From: Schmidtea polychroa | Lineage: Eukaryota | Length of the DNA stretch: 64,000 nucleotides | NCBI GenBank assembly: GCA_044892525.1 | Contig: CM097887.1 | Location: forward strand, 43,896,001 to 43,960,000 | Direction of reading: 5' to 3' | In this document: positions 9,625-22,600 of the stretch, one piece after another | Layout: each line of letters starts with the position of its first letter | Numbering within the stretch: the first letter of the stretch is position 1 | Position numbers and translations under genes: made by a program | Notes under the pieces: model-generated | The model's input: only the letters and a program-made list of their open reading frames with translations | Told to the model about the DNA's origin: nothing | Database searches by the model: none

Positions 9625-10635
9625 CTATATACGTGAGTTTGGAGGGCGCTGAACGTTCCAGGCCTCCACCCACTGTCCTTGTTTGATATCACTTGGTCGT
9701 TTCACTCGATGTTGGAAGTTTCTGATTCGGGTCATTTCTAGTTCTCCGCGATGTCGTTTATCTTTAATTATTTTTATTGTTCCCCCCGTTATGATTAGGA
9801 ATGCCCCTGTTATTATTATCCCACTGATCCACATCATCTGCTTCACGCTTATACTCTCTGGTTTTTCCTTGTTTGTTAATGTTGATATCGCTTCTGTACT
9901 TTTCTCGTTTCCTCTTTTGCCATTTCCTTTCATCATTTCCCGTATTCTTGCTATTTCCTCGTTCATACCCTCCTTTGCCATCTTTTGTATTTTTTCCATC
10001 TCTTCCTCCGAAACATAGTTGTCCTGAGCTTCCTCACCAGTTTTCTTGTGCTTTCCTCCTTCGTTCTTTTCGTCGTGGTTTTTTCTTTTCTTTCCTCTTT
10101 TCCCCGGGTATCGTCGGCATTCTCTTTTTGATTCATTCCTCCAGATACAAACCGTGTATTCTTTCGGCGGCTGCTGCTGCGTCACATATTGATGGCATCT
10201 CTCACCTGGTCCTAATCTTGAAATACAGACTTTGTGCTCTTTTCTAGGTTGGATCTGCGTTATTACTACTTCACCACCTTTTCCTAGGTGTACCTCTTTT
10301 CCTTTGACGTTCGTTATTCTCTTCCCGTCTCGATTTCGGTATGCTTCTTGTATTCTTACTTCTGTTATTGGTTCTGTGTCCTCATTTATCAGTACTAGTT
10401 TCTGATACGCTCTAGACATGCATCTTCCTAGTATGCACCTTTCCTTTAAGTCCCATTCTTCCTTTAAATCCCACTGCTGCTCTTGTGCTTGCTTTCTCTT
10501 TTCTTGTTTTAGTTCATCCTCTTTGCTATCTTGATTCTCCGCTTCTTTGGTTTCTTTTATCGTTCTCGTCCCTCCCTGAGCTGTTACTAACTCTATCATG
10601 GTAAGCATAATTATCATTAATATCATATTTGTCTC
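9625..10635 (-). other. C-terminal type I membrane protein module of the polyprotein
   Basis: Signal-like MILMIIMLTMIELVTAQ (about 10580-10635), Cys-containing ectodomain, TM MMWISGIIITGAFLIITGGTI (about 9775-9840), short basic tail. Confidence 0.65.
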
Positions 10636-13600
10636 TATTTCTTTGTTAGTGAAAGGTAGGCATACCCTCTGTTTTCCATTATTCGATTTTTCCTCCTCTT
10701 TGGTCTTGGTTCTCGGGCTGTTTCCCTCTCTTTTCGTATCCGAATCCTTGTTTTCTGGTTTACCCTCCTCCGGTTCTCTTTTCTCTTTATCCTCCTTTCG
10801 GCCTTTTCCGTTATTGTCATCGTGTTTATCTCCCTCGCTGTCATTTAAAATGTCGTCCTCGACATTTATATCGTTCAATAATCTGCGATATGCTGTTAGC
10901 ACTCTGTTTCTTGCTAATTTTGCTTCGAATTCAAACTCTTTTCTACCCGTTGCAGCATGTCTCTTTCTATTCCATTCTTTAACTAACTCTCTCAATTGCA
11001 TACGACGATGTTTCCCAATTCGTTGTTGCTCGTTCTGATTTTGCGTGAATTTTAGGTCTTCTCTATTTAATACTACTAAAATAATTTTCGGCGTCCCCCC
11101 CTTAGTTAGGGTATTCTTTACCATCGCATTTTCTCCGTTTTCGTAGAATTCGTTTACATTTATCGCATATTTATTATTTGGTGGTACTCTCCAGGTTAAT
11201 AATAATTTCATTGCTTCTAGATTTTTCCGTACCGTATTCCATTGAAACTGAGATGTGTTTTTGCACATATTTTCAACTTCTTCTTCTGTCGCATTTTTGC
11301 AAATAAATCTGATCATTTCTAAGTTTGGCTGTATGGTTGCCCAGTCCAAGGTGGAATTTCCTTCATTGGACCTTTCGTCTAGTTTCGATCCTGATTGATG
11401 TAGGATGTGGAGTGTTTTTGGGTGTATTTTCGTTATAGCTGCATACATCATGGCGGTTTCACCTTGTTCATTTTTCGTGTTGGTTTCCTCGCCCATCTCC
11501 CCAAGGATTCTCATGATCGTTATTGCTCTATTCTCTTTTGCAGCTAGTATTGCTTGTTGTAGGGGTGTTCGGGAATCCTTCGTTACCATCGTAAATGCTC
11601 GAGGCAAGAAGGTTTTGATTTTCCCGATATCTAAACCCGTGGTTTGATCTCTTGCGTATGTGTGTACGGCTTTTATTATTTTGGACAATATTATTTCGTC
11701 TGGCAGCTCTAGCATTTCCTCAAAGAACACTTCTTTTGCTTTGCGTATTATTGCCTCTTGATCTATACTCATTGATTTGGTTTCGATGACGTTGTTTGTG
11801 ACCGTTCGGTTCGTTGTTGACTTTGATTCCCTGGATTTCTCATACCTTATTTTCGTTTTCTTTCCGTTTGGATTATTGATTCGTTCCTCTGCTGTAAGTA
11901 TTTGGATAATATCCATGTAATTCTCGCGGATGTTATTCATCGTGTCCATCATATATAACACACTTACTGTTTCCCAATATTTATGTCGTACTTGGTTAGT
12001 AAATTGGAATAGTGATTTTTCGAATGTGTCGATTCGCTTTTTTGTTAACTGTTCGTCTTTGTGATTTGTGAATTTTATCCCTCGTTCTAGTAATTGATTC
12101 GGGATTTCGAATAAATGATGTCCTTTCATAGCTTCTCTCATCAGCGTGTTCTCTCCTCTCGTGAACGCTTCGTTTACGTTGATCATATAATCGTTTCGAA
12201 TTGGATTTCTCCATGTAATTAATATTCCGGTAATTGTCGTCAGTTTTTCTTTGATCGCTGTTAGCAATCCATCATACATGTTTCCGACTTCCCGATTGTC
12301 CTCATATGATAGTAGTTCCATCAATGACGTGAACGCCTCGGTACTTCTCCCTCTGATAGCATGATGTAGAGCGTTTTTCCGCTCGTGGTCTTGTGTAGTT
12401 ATTTTCGATCCGGTATCGAGTAATGCGGTTATAATGTCTTTTGTTTTGCCTCTGTTTGCGGCTATCATTAATGGTGTGTAACCTTGGTTGTTTGTTTGTT
12501 CTGTTGATCGCTTGCAGTCGTGAAATGCTTCTATTGTTTCTAGTATTTGCTCGTTGTTACCTACTTTCATGAGTTTGTGTAATGGTGTGTCTCCGTAATG
12601 ATCTGTTATTGTAAATAATATTGGCCATTGGCTTTTGACTACTCGCAATAATGGGTGTGTCCTTTCTCTATTTGCATAGTTCTCGATCATCGTCAATAAT
12701 CCTCCTAATATTTCGAAATCTAATCGATCTTTTGCCCATCCAGGTATTTTAATTTTTACCTCTTTTACAATCTTTTCCGCTTCTGATGGTTGGATACCTA
12801 ATCGTCCAGTGATCGGTTCTGCGAGTTGTTGCATCATGTTCATTCGGTAGGTTTGCGAACGTGTGGTTAATGTACGGCCTTCTGGTTGACTAGTGGCTGT
12901 TTTTGGAATTGATTTGCATCGTGCCACGTTTACGTATATTGGTCTGGTAAAGGGGTTATTTACCAATTTCACTCTTACATTAGTTTCGCCTACGAATAAG
13001 ATCTCATATGGTCCTTTTCCGTTGCGTTGTAACTTTTTTGTGGTTCCTGGAATTAATTCCGGGGTTTCTATCATTACCCAATCACCTGTTTGGAACGTAT
13101 GTTGCTTCACGTTTTTCTTTCGATCGTGTAAATCTTTATAACTTTCCTGGTAGAACTTGATATTTAATCCCGCAGTTTCCCAAATTTCTTGCATTCTTTC
13201 CTTGAATTTCGTAACATAATCATCGATCTCCATATACTGCGATATCGGTGGTTGGTATTCCAGGTCCATTGGCATATTACATTCTCTTCCGTACATTAAT
13301 TTGAATGGGCTCATTTTCGTTGATGCGTGAATCGACATTCTGTACGCCATAAGACATAGGTTTATATATTCGTCCCAATCTCGTTGGTGACGGTCAACGT
13401 AGTTTGATAACATTTGTATAAGTGTTCCATTAAATCTTTCCGTCATCCCATTGGTTTGAGGGTGGTATGGAGATGTTCTTAGTTTTGCTATTTTGAAGTA
13501 ATTTGTTACTTCGCTCATTATCTCACTCATAAAATTTGTTCCCTGATCGGTTAAGATTTGTTTTGGTGTTCCATATCGGCAACATATCTCTTCTACCAAA

Positions 13601-16600
13601 ATATTTGCGATTGTTTTAGCTTTTTGGTCTGGCATCGCGAATGCTTCTGAGAATTTCGTAAGAAAGTCTGTGATCACCAGAATGTAAACGTTTCCTTTAT
13701 CTGACTCTGGTAGTGGACCAACTACGTCCATGGATATCATTGTCATTGGTTCTATTGGTACTGGCATTGGCGTTAAAGGTGCTTTCCATTTCGATCCCGT
13801 ATTCTTCCTGGTTGCACAAGTTAGACAATTTTTTACCCATTCGGTTACATCTTCCGTTAACGTAGGCCAAAAATATTTCTGTTTCATTCTTGCTAACGTC
13901 TTTTTCGATGACATATGTCCTCCCAATCTCCCATCGTGATATTGCGTTAGTAACTCTTTTCGTCGGTTTTCCGGTATACACATTAATCGTTTTTCCCCAT
14001 CCATTATCAGCAACCAATCTTTCTCTATAATATATCGGTGTCGGTGTTTATCCATATGTTCTTTTAATTTTTGGTCTTTCGCATATACATCTGTCTGTCC
14101 GGTTTTTATATAATCGATAATTTGTTTTAATTCCGCGTCCTCTTGTTGGTCCTTTCGCAATTGACAGAAATCCAAATCTTCCGCTACTATTAAGCATATG
14201 CGTTGCATTTCTGAATCCACCAAATCTGGGAAAATAAATCTTGACATACAATCGGCGTTGGCATTTGCTCTTCCCGCTTTAAATTTTATAAATGGGGAGT
14301 ATTCTTGCAATTGCATGGCCCATCTCATCAGTCTACTGGACGCTTCTTTATGTTGCCCTAACCACACTAATGGTTGATGGTCTGTGGTTATGCATATCTC
14401 ATGTCCCCATAGTAAATATCGGAAGTGTTTGATAGCTTGTATTATAGCCAATGCTTCTCGTTCTGTTACCGAATAGTTCTTTTCGTGCTTTTTGAATGTT
14501 CGACTGTAATACCCGATTACTCTCTCTTTTCCCTCATCGTCCAATTGTCCCAGAATCGCGCCTGCCGCGTACCCGCTTGCATCCGTTGCCAATAGAAATG
14601 GCCTCTTAAAATCTGGGTGTACGAGGATAGGTGCTTCGATTAGTTTGTCTCTCAGCGTTTCAAACGCCTCTTGTTGTTCCTTCCCCCATAAGAACGAAAT
14701 GTCCTTCTTTACTAATTCCTGGATTGGTTTTGCAATTCCTGCATAATTTTTGATAAATTTGCGATAGTATCCGCATAATCCTAGAAATTCCTGAACTTGG
14801 GTGACAGTTTTCGGTGCTGGACATGTTTTTATTTTCTCAATGTTTCTTGGATCTGGCTCCTTTCCTTTAGCTGACACTATGTGTCCTAAAAACGTGACTT
14901 TTTCCTTTGCCCAATCGCATTTTGATGGTTTGAGTTTGAGTTTCCACTGTCTTAATCTAATAAATACGTTTCGGATATCTTCTAGATGTTGTTCAAATGT
15001 CGCTGAATAGATTAGTAAATCATCAATATATACCATACATTGTTTGATTCCATGGGTGACAAAGTTCATACACCGTTGAAATGATGCTGGTGCGTTAGTC
15101 AGTCCAAATGGCATTTTCCTGAATTGATATAGATCTCGTCCCAACGTGAAAGCTGTTTTCTCTTTGTCCTCATCTTTGACTTTAATCTGCCAGTATCCAC
15201 TTTTTAGATCTAAAGAAGTAAAATATGCTGCCCCTTGCAACATCAATAACATCTCATTGATGTCCGGCAATGGGTAGGTATCTCTCTTGGTCACTGCGTT
15301 TAACTTCCGATAATCGATACAGAATCGTTGGGTGCCATCTTTCTTTTTTACCATGACCACTGGGAATTGCCAGGGTGAGCAACTTGGTTCGATTACTTTT
15401 GCGTCTAGCATCTTTTGTACTTCTGTTTCGGCTATTTCTTTCTGCATTTCTGCTAGCTTGTATGGTCTCAATGCAATTGGGGTTTCGTCTATGAGTGGTA
15501 TTGCATGTAAGGTAACATCACATGTACCCAAGTCTAAATCTGAGATGGCGAATATATCTTTATATTCTACCAACAATCGGTGCAATTTTTTCTTTTCATC
15601 ATTCGTCAACAACATACTATCCATTGTCCATAATTCATCATCTTTGATCATCTCGTTGGTCACTTTCGGTAATTCTATGTCCATCATTGGGGTCAATCTT
15701 CCCAATTTTTCGTTCTCATAAATGATTTTGTCTTCCTCTTCGAAATTCGTGATGTTGAGCGGTATCACTCCTTCTTGGTTTATTGTGATTATTTCTCTTG
15801 CGAGTGGTAATTCTCGTCGCTTTTCAAATGACTTGCTTGGTTCAAAGATAACTTCTCCTTCCATACCCGTATCCACTTTTATCTGACAAATCATCTGTGA
15901 TTTTGCTGGTACTATTATTTTTTCTGGACATCTGATGACTGCATTCATTTTGCATATTCTACCGGTTTTGTCTTTTAAACACATGGTTGTTAAGTCAATT
16001 ACGACTTCTTTTAACAATTCTGGCATCAAATCCGTTCCGATTATGCATGGTACGCTAAGTTTTGGTATTACTGCCAAATACGTTTCAATTTCGTTGTCCT
16101 GGTATCTCAATGTAGTCCACCATCTTCCGACCACGTCCACTGTTTCTTTACTACATGCTATGATGTGAATTGTTGTTGATTCGATATCCTTCCAGTGTTT
16201 ACTGGGGATTTGATTAATCGCTATCGCTGATACATTAGCTCCGGTGTCTATCATAGCATTGGTTTCTTTACCATTGATTTGAATCATAACTGTTACTGCT
16301 GGACCTCCAGGTAAACTCATCGCTGCTATTGTTCTTACGTCATCTGCTTGATCTACACTTTTGGTACGTCGTGTTGGCATATAATGCATACCGGGTTGAC
16401 TCGGTAATTGCGGATACATATTTTGTGTCATGGTCAAAGCTGCTTGTGGTCCCACGATATCCGGTGGTATATAGCTTCCATTGGCGATCCAGGTGTTTGT
16501 CTTTTCCTTTTCCCAATATGGTGCCGTTTCCATTGGTTTTTCGTTTGGGTTTCTGTTTGGATAAAGACATTTATCGTTCCCGTTATCATCGTCGTCACTA

Positions 16601-19600
16601 TCGCTGTTAGATGATTGGCTTCTAAATCGGTCCAAGAATTTTGGCTTATTCTTTTTCAATTGTCGTCTTGTTGCTTCATCGTACATTACTTTCCGGAATC
16701 GTCTGCCTACTTCCTCGTCGGTTCCTTTAATCTTTGTTAATATTTTAATCAATCGCTTTATCCGATGAATGTCTTTTGAGTGGCCATGTAATACCATGGT
16801 CTTAGCTAAAAATGGTAAGAAGCCTACTATCATTTTCCAATTAACTTTCTTTTCCCGCTTGTATATATCGAAACAAGCTAACATTTGTGTTAGTATTACT
16901 CTGACTATCTGAATTATGAGTATGATCCCTAATATCCCGGCCATCATTTGTCCAAAAACTAAGAATCTTCCCCACATTGCTTTCATCATGTTTGACGTAG
17001 CTTGTTGAAAATGGTCTGGCGATAATAGCAGCTCGTAATTCGGGCCTGATTGATAGTTTGTGCCCCCAGTTATTGTTACCATATTAGACAAAATGGATTC
17101 TCGTCTGGCTGGGAAGAGTACGTTAAGTCGTGCTGTTTCTAGATCTTCTGGGGAATACATACCACCGTTTGACACGTCTATAGGTTTGAAATCCAGCTCT
17201 GTGGCGAGTTCTATTAATCCAAATTTCTTGGGCTCCTCGGATATGGTTTTTCCCGGTAACATCATCCATTTCCCATCGGGCCTTTCATATAAAGGTCCGT
17301 ATGCATTAGAACAGTTAAAGAGATTTGGGTAGAAACCCACTGGATTCATAATTCTAGTGACTGGTTGGACGAATCGATTTTGTCCTTTATAACGGATTTC
17401 TAATTCATTTGCACATCTCTTTTCGGGTAGTATGGATTTTTCTGGCATTCGTGCATACGTCTTGGTACACTGGTATGTGTACATCACTTCTCCTACCATT
17501 CTACCAAAGTGTCCATCTGGTAATGGGAGTGATGGCATCGTGTTATCTGGGTGCGTTATCGCAATAGCTAGCTTTGTTTTCAATATTTCTTTATTCAATG
17601 AACAATCGTTTTGTATTAGATCGTAATATACTTTTTGCAAGGTCGTTTGTCCGCGATGAAATAGAAAATCCATTTTATTATTTGCATATAAGTATAGTTT
17701 TACGTCCTCCGTTGCTATCTTTCCCACTGCTCTATCGATTATTTGTCTCGACATATAGATACCTGCGTAATTGGTTTTATATACTATACTGTCACATTTG
17801 GTGGTTTCTTTCTCTTTGATAAATCTCATACCTAGATCTGGATCGTCTGTGATTAATGCTGTTGGTGTCTTCTGCGTTGAAAGTCTCTTTTCTCTGGGAG
17901 ATGGTGGCATTGGTTTTCCATTTCGCATTCTCACTCTGTCGTTTCCATCCTCGTCGTTCTCATTCTCATATATTTCTCCTTTTACTTCATTGAACAAAGC
18001 ACTTTTTAACAGTTGGAGTCGGCATTTTTGGGTATTAGCTTCATAGATTATAGTTGATACTCCTGTCCTGCATACGTTTTCTGTAGCTCTACACGTTGGG
18101 TTGGTCTTCATTTGGTAATTATTTGCGTCAAATTGCGCTTCGTATTCTTTTAATTCGACCGTGTAAGACTCGATCACTACAACTCCCGATATTACCTCGC
18201 CTCGGATCGTATACGTACCTCCGTTACATGACCCATCTGATGATTTTACTTTTCCGGATACGTAAACACTTTCGGTTTTAATCATTCCAGTTTGTCCGTG
18301 AATTGTCACTCCGTTATGCATTTTTAGCGCTCCGGTTCTAAATAGCTCTTTACAATCCTCTCGTTGTATTGATACGATTTCTTTATCCAGACCGGGTAGT
18401 ATAAGAGTCGAATACGAATATTGTCCACAGTAATATGCGAGTACCTTTTTTGATACTACGCATTCCCTTGCTTGCGTTCTGATGAAATCTGATTCTTGAT
18501 ATACATGGTAAGTAACTTTTGTTCTCACGATGTCCAATTTGTTGGGTGAGGCTTGTCTGCATTCTTCTATGTCTCTCAATGAGTATTTATCTCTCATTAT
18601 CATGTTATCACAATCGTAGATGGTGAAACCTGTTGCTCCACTTGTGCACAACATCCATATCATCATAGTCATCATTAACGAATTTATTGATGCTTTTCTG
18701 CTTGCGGGATCTTTCATCGGTAGTTCCCATTCTAGTTCATTTAACAGTTTTTTCAATCTAACTTGCATCGACCTTTCTTGCTCATTTTTCCGTGGCGCTT
18801 GTATCAGTCTTTTCCATCCTCCTGCACGAATAATGTGTGGTTCAATAGTATTCTCTATGATTGAAACGGTCATTTCTACATGATTTGCAAACTGTTTATT
18901 TGGTATTTTCCTCGCAGCTAGTCCCATCAAATTATACATCAAATAAGTGATTACCACTAGGTGATGCTCGTCATCATTTGCATTTGTCGTGAGCTGCTCA
19001 ATCACTCTCTTTGTTTCGTCCCAATCCGTTTTGGTGGTTTTCGTTTTCTCTTTGATTAACTTTGGGATTATCCCCGAAATGGTGTGCCATAATTGTCTAG
19101 CTTCCGTACTGGCTACTTTCCGTTGCCACAAACGTCTAAGTTGTGGGTTTGTTATTATTAACATATCTTTTAACAATTCTCGTATCCATTTTTCTCCTCT
19201 TTCGATCGTTGGTTGGGCTTCCTTTAGATCCCATACTATTTTATCCAATTTTTCTAATCGAACTTGCCCTTGTTCTTGCTTTAATTGTTCTTTGGTTTTG
19301 AACTCAGACTTTTCTCCTTGTTTCTTGGGTCTTCCTTTTGCCCGTTTTTCCATCATCGTTCCGGCTTCTCTGGTATTTTCGTAATTCGGATTTCTTTCGT
19401 TATCCGTTCTGGGTAATGAGCTATCGTTATTTCTTAGCCACTCATTCCATTCGTCTATTATTTTGTCGGTTTGACTTTCTGGTGTTACTTTCGTTGGTTC
19501 TCTTTGCTTCTGGAATTGTTCATCCGTTTCGGTTTCCGTAGTATTGTCGATGATTTCTTTGATGTTCAGTTTCGTTGGTTGTTGATAACTCGTTGATGGC

Positions 19601-22600
19601 TGGTTATTAGTCCACATTTCGGCTCCTGTCGGCCATCTCACTAATAGCGGTGATCTTTCTCCTGGTTCATCGTCACTATCTTCCAGGATTATCTCTTCAA
19701 CTTCTTCAGTTTCATTAGATTTACTTGGTGCTTTGTTCGGACTTGGAGTACTCAAACTGCCTTTTGTTGGTTTAATAATTTTACTTTTCCTTTTTAACGG
19801 TTTTCCCAACGTTTCTGCCATTGTTAATACATTTGTCTCTTCCAATCTCATGGGGGTTATCCCGACGTCTGCATTATCGTCTAGTGATTTTCCGAACAGT
19901 TGCAGATGGAATGGAGTTTCATATGCTAATTCCTTTTTTAATTCTCTAATTTTTGTTGTTGGATGCACCTCTAGTTCCTCGATGCTCTTGTCTGGATACT
20001 TGATTCGGATGTGATACCTCTCCTGGGTGTCTTGTGCCCATTCCTGATTTCTCCATTTTCGAATAATTTGTTCTAGCTGTTCTGGATACCATTCATTATA
20101 TTGCCGGTATTCCTCTATTGCCTTTGCCATTCCTCTCAGATTGTGGATGTCCTCTGATGTCTTTAAGATGATGTTAGCCAACGCTACTACTTGGCGTCTT
20201 TGATTTTTCGCTCCCATTGCTAAGATATCGCCTAATTGTTTATATCTTTCTTTCTCTTCTCGTTCTCTTGCTTCCGTCGCTTCCTCGCCGTCCATATCAG
20301 CATATTCACGTTCCTTTTTCCTCATTGCATGAATATGTCTCGCTTCATTTTCGCTTTCTGATGTGACATCCGTCTCGCCTTCGTCATCTGATGTCTGTTC
20401 CCTTGCTTCCTCTTCATATTTTGGAGGTTCCTCTTCTTCTTCCTCCGATTCACTTTCTGTCTCACCAATGTCTGTTTCCACGAAGGTTCCTTTCCGGATT
20501 TCCCATTCCTTACTTTCTGCATTCCACACTCTTTCCCATGGGGTTCGTCTGCAGGATCTGGTGCTTAATTTCGTGATTTTTCCTTGTAGTTCTTTTTCTT
20601 TTAACCATTGTTGGTGGATTTTAATTATTTCCGTAGATTTTTGATATAACGTTTTCATCCGGTCTCGTATTTCTTTTTGATAGGTTACATCTCTTGTTCG
20701 AAATTCATCCATTGGTACTATCCTGATTATCTGGTGATTGTCCCACATACCCATTTCGCTTAACGAGGTGTCGTCCTCCGCTCGTAATATTATCTTATCG
20801 TACATCATGACTACATCATCCACCATACCATCACTACTTTCGCTACGTACCTTTTCCGTTATCTCTTGGTTTATTTTTGATACCAAGTCATCTACTGTAC
20901 TCTGATTGCTCATTTTTATTCGTCGTTTTTCTTCGTTCGGTAACCATATGGTTATTTCCAACCTCTGTGGCTGGGTTTCTTTTAACCTTCCATATTTGTG
21001 GATCAAATTTATGGTTCTCCAATCACTCATTCGGAGCATTTCTGTATCTCGCAACCGGCTCATTAGTTCGTACATGGCTGGGGCTCGTCTGGTGATGAGT
21101 AAATCCCAGTTGTCTTCTACTTGTTCTTGAATTTGTTTGATCAGCTTATCCAGGTTTCGTCTCAGAGTACATTGTTTTATTTGTTCTAATTTCAATTTGA
21201 TATTAAAATCATATTCTGCCTTGGCATCTTTAGCCCAATCGTAAAGGTTGGCTGGTTGTTTTTCTTTATGCAACTTCAGTATTTGCGTTTCTCCTGGCCA
21301 TATTAGTGCATCTACTAAGTGCATATCTGGTTTGATCTGTTCTCCTTGGTATTGATACAGATATTCTTTCTTTCTCGAACTTCCCAAATGCTCTCGTATC
21401 CAATCGAAAAGTTCGTCGGTGACTGTATTTTTTATCCACATTCTTTCAAGTCCTCTACTCGTTCCGATTTTTATTACATACCGCGTGGTATCGGCCTGCT
21501 TCATTTTTTCCATATAATTTTTTATAATTGATTTTTCCTCGTTTGGTATTAAATCTTTCTCGTTTCTTTCCAATTTCATCACTTTTTGCACGAATCGCCT
21601 GAATGGTATTACGTCAATGAACTCTTGGTTCCTCACTACTACTGGGAGTATTTCCGCTACTTGTTTTATCGCTTCCTCCTTCCCTTTTCTCAACTTTATT
21701 TCGATATCCTCGTCTTCACTTTCGCTGGTTATCTCGCTTTCGCCTTCTTCCTCTTTGATTTCCCCTTTTGGAGGTTCGCTTATTTCATTCAGCTGTAGTA
21801 TTTCTCCACCCAAACTACTTACATAGTCTTCTTCCTCGTCTGACGATGCTACATCTTTTGTCCTTTTCATCATATTGATTTGCAAGTTTCTCATCCTTGG
21901 TACTCTCTTTAGTTTCTTTCTTTCGAATATCGTTGTTTCTTCTGATTCTAATTCCTGTAGCATTTGGTGGTTTAGTTGACTGGTTTGTTCCTTGCTCTTG
22001 TTATTTTCATCTTCTGTCTCGGCTTTCGCTTTATTATGTTCTTTTTCGATTTTATCTTTTATCTTTTTCCAGAATATTTTCTGAATTCTCTGGTTTCCTT
22101 TTAAAATCGTGGTTGAATTCTCTGTTTTCATTTCCGTTGTTATTTCTTTTACCTTTTCTGGTTCAGTCATGGGTACTACCCTTGGGCTTTTCCCGTAATT
22201 GTAGCAATACTGGCTCTTCATGTCTTTTACTAACTTCATCATATTTATTCGCAATGGTTGTTCTTGTCGTTGTTGGTTGCGTTCTTGTTTTATCCTCTCT
22301 TCCTCGGCCTGTAGCCTTTGCCATTCTTGTACATGTTGATGCACTTCATAATTGTTGAGATTTTCGGTACTCCTCATCATACGTATATTCTGGGTTTGTT
22401 GTGGTGCTGATTCTTGTCTTGGTCTCATCATTTGTTGCATCATCTGTTTCATCTGCGAAATTTCCTGCATAACGTTCATTTGTTTTCCTTCGTTAGGGTT
22501 ACTTTGTCGTTGCGGATTCGCTATATAATTATTATTTCGCTGTGGTGGTCGTTGTTGTTGGCCCCTTTCTCGGCAATCTCTGGAGATGTGACCTGGCTGA

